Below the pieces are notes generated by a model, which worked only from the letters and a program-made list of their open reading frames with translations, made no database searches and had not been told where the DNA came from. DNA of 64,000 nt, from assembly GCA_964016885.1 (NCBI GenBank), contig OZ024743.1, forward strand, positions 298,716,001-298,780,000. Reading direction: 5' to 3'. The translations under genes and the position numbers were made by a program. Shown one piece after another: positions 36,720 to 49,753 of the stretch. How positions within the stretch are numbered: the first letter of the stretch is position 1; each line of letters starts with the position of its first letter. Origin of the DNA: Eledone cirrhosa. Lineage: Eukaryota.

Positions 36720-37912
36720 AGTGTCGTTGATACAGATTTCATAATGTTTTCCAACTATTTTGGAATGTTTATATTGAATTGCTTTTCGTAACAGGTACAA
36801 TTCTCTACCATGTTTTTTTACGAGTTGTGTATTGTAAAAGTTATACATAATACCAATTGCACTTCCTTTATTGGCTTCTTTAATCATAATGTCCGTGTCT
36901 TGTTGGAGTTATCTGAGGTTTGTCCATTATAGTCTTGAGAAATTTGGTTTTATATTCTTCTTTTCTACAATATCGATTGGTAAAGTAGATAAGTAATCAC
37001 AGACCACAAAAGTTATCAAGAGCTGCATTTGTTACTTTCTTTGAGTAAAAGTTACTTTTACTTCGGATTATAAGTTCGTCATGCTCATTAAAAATAAAAG
37101 TTCAGTTAATCCTAGTTTACTGCAAAACCTTGTTCCAGTTCATAAAAGTCTGGTAATTTTACATAAAATATCGTTTTGAATATATTTCAAAGTTTTCTTC
37201 GATAATTAGTTGTCTCTATGAATCCACCCGGTGTCTAAGTTTTGTCTAAAATAACAATTGTCTTGGTATCTCTGTGTTCGGTTCAAAGAACGACATTCAT
37301 GGTTTTATTCATCGTAACCATGAATAATTTTGGTATAAGAAGGTAGCCTGAAAAGTTCATAGGCTGACCATGAAGGAGTGATGCTAGAGGTGTGAAATCT
37401 TGCATACATTAATTTAAACTCTTTATATTAATAACTGCTTTGTTTCTTTCCAGGGATTATGTTGAAAAATAAACCTCATTTGGTCATTCAATGAGGGTAT
37501 CTTGGTCACCCTATGAACTTTTCAGCCGACCTTCGTGCGTAGGATGTTTCGTAAATCTCTTATTCGTTGTATTGCACAAGTTTGAGTTTCTTTAAAATCC
37601 TGTTCTATTATGCATGTTCCTAATGGGTGTATAATTTTTCACTTGATGTTTCTAGGTATATTTTTTGTATACACTGTCGTTGTATTGTTCCGGAAATCTT
37701 TCTTCGTGGAAAATAACTGTTTTTCTTTCTTTCTGTTATTTACTATATAGTTGTTCTATATTGGTTGAATCTCTCTACGTGCGGTTAGTTGAGGCTAGTT
37801 GTATTACTCCTGCATTCGTTTTGTTCCTGGTGTTATTTTTTCGTAAACAAAAATAAAAAAAAGACGGATCACCAGAATCATATTCTTTCTTAAATTGTTC
37901 TTCATAATTGGT
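36720..37912 (-). pseudogene. Old relic of a PLE2-related two-ORF element
   Basis: IKEANKGSAI (about 36860-36887), FCSKLGLTEL (about 37100-37128), junction motif at 37224-37254, upstream-ORF peptide NYEEQFKKEYDSGDP (37865-37909). Confidence 0.72.
37338..37535. mobile_element. Mariner-type MITE nested in the PLE relic
   Basis: TIRs GAAGGTAGCCTGAAAAGTTCATAGGCTGACC / GGTCACCCTATGAACTTTTCAGCCGACCTTCG; second copy at 47148. Confidence 0.82.
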
Positions 37913-38044
37913 ATGGTATGGTCCCATAACTCTTGATGGAGTGACATACGGAGTTTAGTTGGCATTTTAAGCCGGGCGGATCCCAGCCCTCTCCAGGTCT
38001 GAACACAACAAGTTTCTTCCAGAGAATGAATGAGAGAGAGAGAG

Positions 38045-38170
38045 AATCGACCTCAGCACTAGACAAGTACGTTTTTATCGATGGGATTTGAACTCAGAGA
38101 GAGGAGAACCAGAACAAATAACGCAAAGCATTCTATCTGACGTTCTAACGACTCTGCCAATTCGCCGCCT
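38045..38170 (-). mobile_element. Diverged tRNA-derived SINE
   Basis: GGGATTTGAACTCAGA and CTCTGCCAATTCGCCGCC are reverse B-box and A-box. Confidence 0.65.
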
Positions 38171-38528
38171 TCTTCATCATTAACGTAATATGAACAGAAA
38201 ACTTAAAAACACTATTATATAATTTCGGATGATAAACTGCATTCAATGTCTAATATTATTATAAACTGCGGACGATAATCTCTATTATTTAAATATTAAC
38301 TAATATTGTATATATACTTGCTGTCCATTTTCATATTTGTGTTTTATATATATATACAATGTGGTAGCGCTGTAACCATGATAACATATACCCAGTAAAA
38401 CATGTAAAGTGGTAGTGCTGCTAACACGATAAACTGCACACGATACAAATTGTAAAGTGGTAGTTTTGTTTCCATGAAGTTGATATATCTATGTCTATAC
38501 CAGAGAATCAAAATACAGATATAGGTAA

Positions 38529-38568
<40 letters not shown>

Positions 38569-38572
38569 GCAT

Positions 38573-38620
<48 letters not shown>

Positions 38621-38961
38621 ATGTATGTGTGTGTGTGTGTGTGTGTATGTGTGTGTGTGTATGTGTGTGTGTGTATTGTTTAGACACGTAGTGATGTGAG
38701 GCAGAGGAAGTTGATGTTTCAATCACGATATAGTCCTCGCGTTTATTTTATTGACGCTAGGTGGATGAAAACCATAGACGATCCGAATACACATATTTAT
38801 ATAGGGCACTCTACATATTATCACCAACGTGTATAGAACACGTTAATGTTTACGCAAGTCTAGCATGCATACACACATATTCACACATATGTACACACAA
38901 ACAACTATTTATATATATATATGTATGTATAATGTGTAACACTTTGATATATACATAGATG

Positions 38962-39049
<88 letters not shown>

Positions 39050-39749
39050 CATCTATGTATATATCAAAGTGTTACACATTATCTATATAAAAACAATAAA
39101 ATCTAATCAGTGAGCATAGAGCAACATCACTAAAAGCTTTAATGGAAAATTGAAGAATTTTAGTATTTAAACGAGAACACCTGTACGAAGCCACATTTAT
39201 ATCATTATTAAAGATAGAAATAGACACATGTATTAATAGGTAAATGAACATGCATACATACACATAAGATTTCTAAAAATATTTCTTCTTCGCACTAATG
39301 CGATAAATGGAAATAGTTTACTACATATTTCATAACCAGAGATTTTCCATCAATGTGTAATCTCCTCTCTTAGTTTAGTGCGTTAAAGGAAAACCGTTAT
39401 GTTCGTGTGTTATATGAAAATAGGATGGTCTTTCATCAGATTCGACGATGATTGTTCCAGTTGTCCTCTCAACGGAACAGCCAGCTTCTGAAATTCACGT
39501 GCAATATTGTAAAAAAACCCAATAAAGTGAACATTAGTCGGTATAATTTTTTTATCTGAATTTCTCTGTGTATATGTTTATGTGTATATATGCATGGATG
39601 CTTATGTAAATATCTGTGAATGTGTATAAGTTTGTACAGTTTATATGGGAAGGATAATGTATGGTGTATGTGTGTAAGTTTACCTGTCTGCATATATACG
39701 AACGGGAGTGTAGAACAAAACCTGTGATCATTCTCATTTGTATGTATTT

Positions 39750-39890
39750 TACTTGCTCTAGTATACTCAGCTGAAAATGAGTACCAGCAATAGCTGGAGG
39801 TTTAACTGGCGTCTTGTCCAGCGAGGGGTCTTGGACTCTCAGTCGCTTCACGCCATGAAACCGGGATAAACACCGGCCAAATGATCCTTT

Positions 39891-39895
<5 letters not shown>
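39750..39895 (+). mobile_element. SINE 3' fragment of another family
   Basis: CTCAGCTGAAAATGAGTACCAGC...GTCGCTTCACGCCATGAAACCGGGATAA resembles invertebrate SINE2 tails. Confidence 0.45.
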
Positions 39896-39932
<37 letters not shown>

Positions 39933-40311
39933 ATTATATATATATTCAGCCTATAAGCCCCATCTATAAGTAGCCTTACCCTCATACTATCTATTCCTAT
40001 GACCATTATGCCCCTTCTCTTCCTACTTCAGCCCTACCCACTAACAAACCCTACCCCCACCTACTATAGTTCCTTCTCTTGACTACTTACTTGCCTGTGT
40101 ATCTGCCTACCCACCATTTTCTCCTTCAGACCAGTTTACTACTTTGGTAAACTCAACCAAAGCACCACCAAGGCTTGTTGAACACACAAGTCAAAACTGC
40201 TTGGCGCCGCATTACTTGGCGCCGCTGTCGGGATTTTTTCTCTCTCTCTCTCTTTCTACATATCTATATGTGTACATATATATATATATGTACCTCTCTA
40301 GCCGCCTAACC

Positions 40312-40370
<59 letters not shown>

Positions 40371-40371
<1 letters not shown>

Positions 40372-40990
40372 GGGTGCCTGGCACCTCGAGTGCCTTCAGG
40401 CACTCACAGCCCTCTACCAAGCGGAAACGGCAATCAGCAGAGACTCCACTTCGACATTCTATAGGGGATTAGTGGAGGATAAGTGCGACGACGTTCTCGG
40501 GTGTTTTTCTCTGTCTGGTGGCTATGGCGAAAGAGGTAATATGGTGGACGAGGTTAAAAGGACTGAGGGCAAACACCTTTCTCTCCGGACAACAATTTAT
40601 CCCCTTTTTTAAGTCCCGCTTCAGAAGGAAGCTGAGAGTGGAGAGAGAGGTGCTACACCCTAGTAAATTCGCTGGAAGGTGGGTCAAAGTGGCGAAAATG
40701 GCCCGAGTGAATGGGCCTTCTCTGTATATAAACCTGTAGGTTGAGGAAGATAAACAGACGGAAGACAGGAACACCTACAAAACGTGTTCCTGGTGTTGAG
40801 GGTTGTTCTATCCACGGGTGTAAAACAACCCTGCAGTAACGTTCCCCCTATTGGGGATTTCAATTGTTATTTTATTATATATAGTTTATTGTTATTTATT
40901 AATGTTAAAGTTATATGATTTTTATGTAAAACCCCCGCCGTCACGTCGTGTAATGTCCCATTTATGTACGCCCCTGTGGCAAATAAAGAT
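40371..40990 (+). mobile_element. 5'-truncated, internally deleted Tx1 copy related to the 1-5770 element
   Basis: 40371-40500 aligns to the reverse complement of about 645-770, then jumps to about 300 (AKEVIWWTRLKGL...RVNGPSL*). 3' UTR with AATAAA; (TATC)n on both sides. Confidence 0.88.
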
Positions 40991-42153
40991 ATCTATCTAT
41001 CTATCTGTCTATCTTGTTAAAAAGAAGAGATACAAAGCGAGTCTGAAAGAACGAAAGCGGAGTACGAGATGGAGGATGAGGTAAGGAGAAGAGGCTGGAA
41101 AAGAAGAAGAGGGTGAAGAAGAACAAAGATGGTGATAGAAAGACGGAAAAACAGAAAAAAAAGAAACCAAGAAGCAATTGGAGAAGGAAAAGGATCACAG
41201 CCACTAAGAAATTTCGAGCAGGTTGTCGTAGCTCGGATGTAGAGAGAAGAGAGAAATAGCTGAATAGGATCTTCTTTGGACCATGACAATGAAGGGACAT
41301 AATCACGGGTTCTAACCGTGGAGCTGTTTTTTTGTACCAGTCATGCTTTCTATTAGCTGAAATACTGTGATAACTTGCCAGAACTCTCAAAGGCGCAGTG
41401 CCCTACTGATGGAGGTAGCATTCCCCTATCGTTAACCTGATGATCGGTTCCTCCGCTAGGTGAACAAGCACTGGAAACTGAGACAACTGTTTATCGGTGT
41501 TCACATTCTCTGACTACCTACGTATTTATCCATTCTGAATGGGCATTTATATACGAACATGAAATATACGTCATGCAAATTGAACTAAATATTTCAGTTC
41601 TTTTCTATATTCTTTATGACATATATATCTTTGCTACAGCAATATTTCACTGTATGCGGAATCATTGATGCAGTTATTCTCTGATTATAACATGATAATA
41701 TCTGAAATGCATAAGAATAATTTTAAAGTTTTCTGTGTTTGATGGAATAGTTGAAAGACATATACTTCCCACTAATTATTTTCGCGAGAAAATGTAATAT
41801 ACATAAATACATAGACACACACACATATATATACACGGAAATATGTATAAGATATGATGATCTAAAATAGGAATTAATAAAAGATGATTGTTCTTTTCAT
41901 ATAATATCCATTTTCAGTGAGGAAAATTATAGACATTTCAACCACTACATTTCCACGTGTTATTAAAGATTTCCGTCGAAGAAACTACTAAAGCACTTTA
42001 AATTCACTGCTTCGTTTCACTGCATTTCGCATTTTCATTAGAGTGTAGCTGATGTCGTGTTTTGCATTGCTGTTTACATTAGCAAACGTAATGTATTTCA
42101 TGACACACACAGACACACGCGCGCGCGCACACCCAAAACACACACACACGGAG

Positions 42154-42195
<42 letters not shown>

Positions 42196-42306
42196 ACACA
42201 CTGATACACACAGGCATTTAAGTATTTCATTCGATTTTATTAAAATGTGCTATATCACAACTACATTTATTTTCAATCACTCTCTAGCGCACACACACAC
42301 ACACTC

Positions 42307-42337
<31 letters not shown>

Positions 42338-42368
42338 TATATATATACATACACATACACACATATAC

Positions 42369-42426
<58 letters not shown>

Positions 42427-43007
42427 TTAGCATATCTTAATTTGTAATTTCTTCTTTAATTTCTCTTCGTTTTCTATCACAATAATTTTTATTCGTCTTA
42501 ATTTCCAGTACAGTTCACTTTTGGCACCCTTGAAAATAGTGACATGAGAAATTCATTTCGCGCTTGGTTAAACTGAAATATTTCAAACGTTAGGATGATA
42601 ATTCTGCTGAGGTTTTCTTCTGGCAAGGCTCCTAGAATGAGAAATACTCAGGAAACTGATCACATCAGAAAAGGAACAGTAATATCCTATTAGGTAATTG
42701 ATTGACAAATGCGAGATAGCGTTACTAAGGAAGAGAAGATGAGGAAAAAGGAAAGGATAAAATAATAAATCACTTAATATTGATTTGTAACATAGGCACA
42801 AGACCACACATCTTGTTGGGAGAGTAAAATCAATTAGATCCACTCCCTTGTTTAGCTGTAACTTTCTTTTGTTGACCCCAGCATTATGAAAAAGTGAAGA
42901 TAGCTTCAATGGGATTTAAACTTGGAGAGTAATATGATGTAATGAAACACTGCATGGCGTTTTGTCAGCCACTCTAAATATATCCCTGAATATTAATAAG
43001 GGCAGAA

Positions 43008-43330
43008 AGGCAGTAGATTAAAAGAATGAGTAGATTGTCAGAAAAACAAAACTCGTTTGGTATTTAGTTATGTATTTTAATTTTCTAAATTCAAATCCCG
43101 CCGAAAATTACTGACATTGATGAAATGTCACTTCCACAAAATGTGTCCTTGCGCTTATGTTAGAAAAATATTAATCAGGATATAGTGGTAGATTAGCAGA
43201 ATCGGACTAAATACATTGAGACAGAAACGTCTATTTATTCAATAAGGTCAAATCTTGGTAGAGGGTTACCTTTGCATTTTATCCTACCGAGGTCGATAAA
43301 ATAAGTCTGAGATAAGTATTAGTTAGATAA
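43008..43330 (+). mobile_element. Two diverged tandem SINE copies
   Basis: TTCAAATCCCGCCG and CCTTTGCATTTTATCCTACCGAGGTCGATAAAATAAG. Confidence 0.55.
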
Positions 43331-43559
43331 AACTATAAGATAGTTAGGTAAAACTAACCATATTCATCCTATGCAATGTGTGGACTGCTACCGCTTTTAA
43401 AACATTAAATACTACTGGAAAATGGCAACATACATTCAGCTTATGATAATATAAAATATAGAAATATAATATGTTTTCTTTAAGCATTAGTAAAAAGGAT
43501 ACTTTGTATGGATAACGCATCGAAGTAAATATTCAAGGCTGGTTTTATACAATCTAAAT

Positions 43560-43950
43560 GATATTTTTACACATCTGAGACATTATATCATGGCGATATG
43601 CCTGTTACATCTGACAGAGAAATCACTGTCAACAGACCATATATCATTATAAAAATTAAAACATATATGACATGAAGCCTGATAGATATTGTTGTACCAG
43701 CTGACAAGAATATATCTGTAAACACAAGGGAAAAACTGTCAAGTACGAAGACCTAGAAATTGAGATCAGCCACATGTAGGAAATAATCGCAAACATCATC
43801 CTTGTGGTAATAGGAGCACTAACATTAATACCCATGTCATCAGACCTGCACCTTGGCGTCCTTCCTTGCAGATTCACCAAATATGAGTTACAGAATATTG
43901 AGCTACTAGGGATACCATACATTCTCAGACAAGATCTCTCTCTACAATGA
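43560..43950 (+). pseudogene. R4/Dong-like RLE domain relic
   Basis: DREITVNRP.III, KYEDLEIEISHM, IILVVIGAL, LQNIELLGIPYILRQ. Confidence 0.78.
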
Positions 43951-44029
43951 AAACTTCTAATGCCGTAAGTTCAAGGCATGAACACAGCAACCGAGAAACA
44001 GAACAGAACCAAGCGAAATAATAAATAAT

Positions 44030-44750
44030 AATAATAAACGTAACTCACCAACACCACATGTTAAACTGACATGTTAAACAGGACTTCATTAAGAGATAAA
44101 TGGTATTATTGTATTCTGCAGATGATAGTCAACTATAAACAACTCTACAGACAACAGTTTCTACCAGAGAAATTGATATGAGAATTGGATTGCAAAATGC
44201 ACCAAGGCAACAATGAAGAGAGGAAAAGTAAGTAAGCACGTTCATATCGTGATAGATAAAGAAACTAATATACAGATATTAGATCAAATATAACATACAT
44301 GTGAAACAGTGAATTAGACAGTGTACAAAACAAACAAATGATGGAAAAAATATGGAAGGTAACTTTTAGATGCATTAGACCATTGAAAAATAACCTTTGA
44401 AAAATAATAGGCATCAATACTCAAGAGGATTCAGCAATCAGTTACAGTTTATAATATTCCTAATTGAACACTAAACTAACTAAAGCAAGACTAAATAGAA
44501 AAACAAGGAAAATAGTGACTACATTAAAAATACAGCACATAAATGCTGATCTAGAAAAAAATATTCACTACAAATGCAGAAAGACAGATTCCCTATACAA
44601 TTAGAAAACTATTATATAGTATTCACTATAACTAAGAATAATCCAATAAAGAATAACAACAAGATAATACAAGTAACTATGTAACACAAACAGAACCTCA
44701 AATTGTTTAATGTCTTTAAAGGAACTAGCAAATTCAAAACAGAAGCTGAA
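44030..44750 (+). pseudogene. R4/Dong-like RT C-terminal relic
   Basis: Weak motifs (ADD-like near 44118, IGINT..., RLNRKTRKIVT). Confidence 0.45.
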
Positions 44751-44879
44751 ACGAGTGATATTTATGAGAATAAGCGAAGCCCCTGAAGAAAGGCTTGTTT
44801 GTAGGATTTGATAATGTACACCACATTTAGGAGCGTATTATATCGAGAAATTTGGCATCTAAAGATTTTAAGCTTATAA

Positions 44880-46520
44880 TCTTAATCTAAATATGTAAGA
44901 CTTAAGTTTGTGTCTCAGCTGATTGTTTTGCAGCATTGTATTATAATGTTGATCTCTATGCTTTAATACAATTTGCTCAAACTTTTAGAAATAATGCCAA
45001 ACGATTCCACCACTATTGGTATTATATATATATATTTTCTCTAGTGACTACATATTTAAAAGTGTCTTTCTTGTCGTCCTGTCGTCATTGATCCCAACTC
45101 CCATGTCTCCAGTCATTGCAATCAATTATTTAACGGAAATTATATTTCACTGAAATAATACCAAATACAGCAACACTGTATCTTATTGTCCCATTAGACA
45201 GTTGCATTCTAACCGATTTCGATGTTCATAGACTTGAATATTCTAAAATGGAGCTTTCATAAAATTTCTCTGTCCTCTATAATTTATATTTTCTACAAAA
45301 TTCCCAGTGGAAAAGTCATGTGACATTATCATGCATCCCCTTATATTCGTTCTGAACAAATTTACTGTGTTGACTTAACAAATATGCTTCACATTCACCA
45401 GTTTGTACATACAGTTTACACTGTTGAAACTTCTTTTCAAGGATTGAATCCAGTCTTACAGTTCATATGATTTTCTGATCAACGAACACGATTTATCTTA
45501 ATCAACATACTGATCCATCTTCCTAAGAACTCATTCATTTTCTTTTCTTCTTTTAGATTTTATTCAGATATTTCCTCTGAATTCTCTTGTTGCCATATAT
45601 TCTTCATTGTTAACTAATCCAATTTTCCTGATTTCGTCCAAAAGCGTTTTTGTTTTATTCCTGAATCAACTTTGCTATACGACTTTTTTCACGTTCTGTA
45701 TATTTTCTCTACGCTAACTAATCACCTTTGCATATTTAGGGGTTGTACAAATCATACAAAGACCATTTTGAGGTGAAAGAATCATAAATAGTTAATGCTT
45801 TTCAAGTTTACCTACTTAAACGGACGTTCTTTTCCTAATCACTTGTAGAAGTTTTCCATTTTACCTTAAAAGAGATATTGTCCGCGTGTTAATGGTTAAA
45901 ATATCATTTTTACCCTTTTGCTGTGATTTAAGCACTAATTTTAATTTTATGAAATATTCCTTTTGAAAAGGGCCCCTTCATGTTAACTCCCTTCATCTTA
46001 TCTTGCTCGGCTTTACATACATATTTATAACCTTTACCTTTCTGTTTTATGATTTTCGTATCTCGTAACAGTACCCATTACTTTCTATCATCTTTTTTTC
46101 TTTTCATTATTAAATCTTCACGCTTTTTAATCCCAAACTCCATCTTAATATCTTTACTAAATTCATCTACTGCTAATACCAACGTGTCTATTTGATCTTC
46201 ACTCTTTGCATATAGTTTCAAGTCATCCATAAATATAAGGTGATTTACGTCATGTTGCCTACTTTCAATAATATTTGCAGCGAAGTTAAAAGTATCATGA
46301 ATATTACCAATAACAAAGGATACATACTATCATTCTGAAAGATTTTATGTTGATATTAATACTTCTTATCATGTCCAGAATAGCTTGATTTTATTTTCCA
46401 TTTACTCATAAACTTCACCGTAAACTTCCTTATATTATTTACTAACCCTACTGTCTTCTCTAACTCTAACACACAGGAATGAAAAACAAAAACATGCTAT
46501 AGGCCATTATCATGATTTTT
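44880..46520 (-). pseudogene. R4/Dong-like LINE relic (RT to RLE)
   Basis: NHLIFMDDLKLYAKS at 46201-46246 (minus); IPIVV near 45005-45022. Confidence 0.72.
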
Positions 46521-47147
46521 AAAATACCTTGCTTTATTTACTTACATCCTTTTATATTCTGAATTAAAATTCACCGGTATGAACTTTGTTATAATTCCAG
46601 AATCCATAAAATATAACCACTAAAATTACCATGGAGATATATGGCAGAATTGGTATAGTAACAGACAAAATCACTTACTCCTACTGGTTTCTCTCACAGA
46701 ATTATGGTTATGTTCAAAGGTCTCAATCAAGTTCAGCAACACCAGTATTTATTTCAGTCTTGTACTTATCTTATCAATCTATATTTATCTTATAATTCAA
46801 TTAAATTTTGAAGGTATATATGAACTGGATGCGTCCTTTTACACCGTTATACACAAACATAAACACACATGCAAACATACACACATATACGCACATAAAT
46901 ACAAAAACGTACAAACTCATAAACACACACACACACACACCCACCCACACCCACCCACATGGACACACATTAACTCATAAACAACAGGATTCTACATTTA
47001 AAAGCTATTTGATAATCTGTAACTAGCGCAGAAGATTCTTGTCAAAATGTTGCACAATAAGATCGAACTCGGAACCATGTAGTGGAGAATCAAAATTCTT
47101 ATTTAGTTACATTCTTGACGTTCCTGCATTAAATTTCTCGTGGTATA

Positions 47148-47343
47148 CGAGGGTAGCCTGAAAAGTTCATAGGCTGCCTATAAAGGAGGGATGCTACAAC
47201 TGAAATTTTGCATGCATTAATTTCAACTCTTCTGATCAATAACTGCTTCGTTTCTTTCCAGGGACTATGTGGAAAAAGAAAACTCATTTTGTCATTTCAT
47301 GAGAGTATCTTGGGCAGCCCATGAATTTTACAGCCGGCCCTCG
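47148..47343. mobile_element. Mariner-type MITE
   Basis: TA-CGAGGGTAGCCTGAAAAGTTCAT ... ATGAATTTTACAGCCGGCCCTCG-TA; same family as 37338. Confidence 0.85.
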
Positions 47344-47903
47344 TATATACCTTGCCTACAAAATTTATAGCCTTATATATCAGAAATCATTAACAATATT
47401 GTTAGAATGAAGTTGACGATTGGAAACATGCCTTGTGGTGTTTACTTCCATCCCTTTACTTTCTGAATTTAAATCCCACTGGGGACGATATTCTTATATT
47501 TCCTAGTAACCCTGGCATTGCCATGCTTCCGGGGTTGATTAAATAATTACTAGATATGTACTGAGGGTGAATCTAATTGTTTATGTATTATTTCAAAATA
47601 TTTCAAGACTGTTTCTTTGCGTCTAACAAATAAACCAAGTACAAAACAAATAATGCATACATAAATTATATTATTTAATTTAGAATCAATACAATTTGTT
47701 TTTATATTGATTTTAAAATGAATAATATATTTTTATAGACAATAAAACAACTAAAATAAAAAAAAAATACCGCTTTTGAATTTTTCTTGATAACTGCGAC
47801 ATTTTACCACAAAAATAGAAACAAGTAAAAAATATGTATGCAAATACAGAAAAAAATAGCGATAATTTAAAATTTTAAGATGACCAAGAAAATATAGAAT
47901 GTA

Positions 47904-47947
<44 letters not shown>

Positions 47948-48060
47948 GGAACAAGTAAGACCCCTGGGTCTTACTTGTTCCTATTACCCACTCTAATACC
48001 CTAAGTATTGAGTACTTTGGTGCGTTATGGTCCACCTGGTTCCTTACCACATTTCCTTCG

Positions 48061-48107
<47 letters not shown>

Positions 48108-48162
48108 AACGGAAAAAATGAAACGAAATTTCATTTCTCACGCTTAGTACGGCTGTTACTTA

Positions 48163-48489
48163 AATATAAGTATGTATACGTACATACATATATGTATACA
48201 GACGTACAGTAGTATGTAGATATATATAAATACAATCACATATATATATATATGTACGTATGGATTTACCGAACATTTATTATAATGCTCGTGTGTTTGT
48301 AAACAAACATCCCGACACTGTACGGCTTAATTCGGGATGTTTGTTTACAAACACACCGAGCATTATAATAAATGTTCGGTGAATCCATGAATCCATACGT
48401 ACATATATATATATATATGTGTGCATATATGTATATATATATATATACATACTACTGTACGTCTGTATACATATATGTACGTATACATA

Positions 48490-48495
<6 letters not shown>
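48163..48495. repeat. Fold-back inverted repeat, about 330 bp, 16-nt loop
   Basis: Core arms 48252-48314 / 48331-48403; outer arms 48163-48220 / 48445-48495. Confidence 0.85.
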
Positions 48496-48549
<54 letters not shown>

Positions 48550-48608
48550 CATGAGGATAATGTTCTATACACACACATACACACAACCCCCCACCCCCCA
48601 CACACACA

Positions 48609-48647
<39 letters not shown>

Positions 48648-48976
48648 CAAAATGTTAACAAATGAAAAATATTCTCATAATCAAAATATATACTTTATTA
48701 TATATATTTCAAAGGTACCGTGTTGTTTTTTCAGTTTGTCCTCATCAAACAAAATATATGATTTGATATATCACATACTGCTACAGTCTTGATTATTCAA
48801 TTCCAGTATTGGCAGTGATTTATTTCATCAAATCTCAACGTTTTTATACCACAAATAATATGATAAACTTAAAGAAGAAGATATTAAAAACTCCAGGAAA
48901 ACTTTTGCTTGAGTGCCTCTAATCTATTGTAAAATTGTATTCGTTGAGTAATCAACGAACCATACTAATCTTTGGT

Positions 48977-49553
<577 letters not shown>

Positions 49554-49753
49554 GTGTGTGTGTGTGTATAGAACATTATCAATGATTTTAAAGTTAAGCG
49601 CGGATGTTTATACTTCTAGCTACAGGCATACATTTTTCTAAACGACGGCAATCAGTGGCCAGAGACTCGTTAGTAGAATGGTTAACTCACTTGGATAAAG
49701 ATATAATAGTAAAAAGTAATTTGGGTGGTGGGGGTTTAATAGAATTCTGCTGA

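Noticed and set aside
41405-41500. CTGATGA...GAAAC motif
   Set aside because: No convincing stem I or stem III; may be chance or too decayed.
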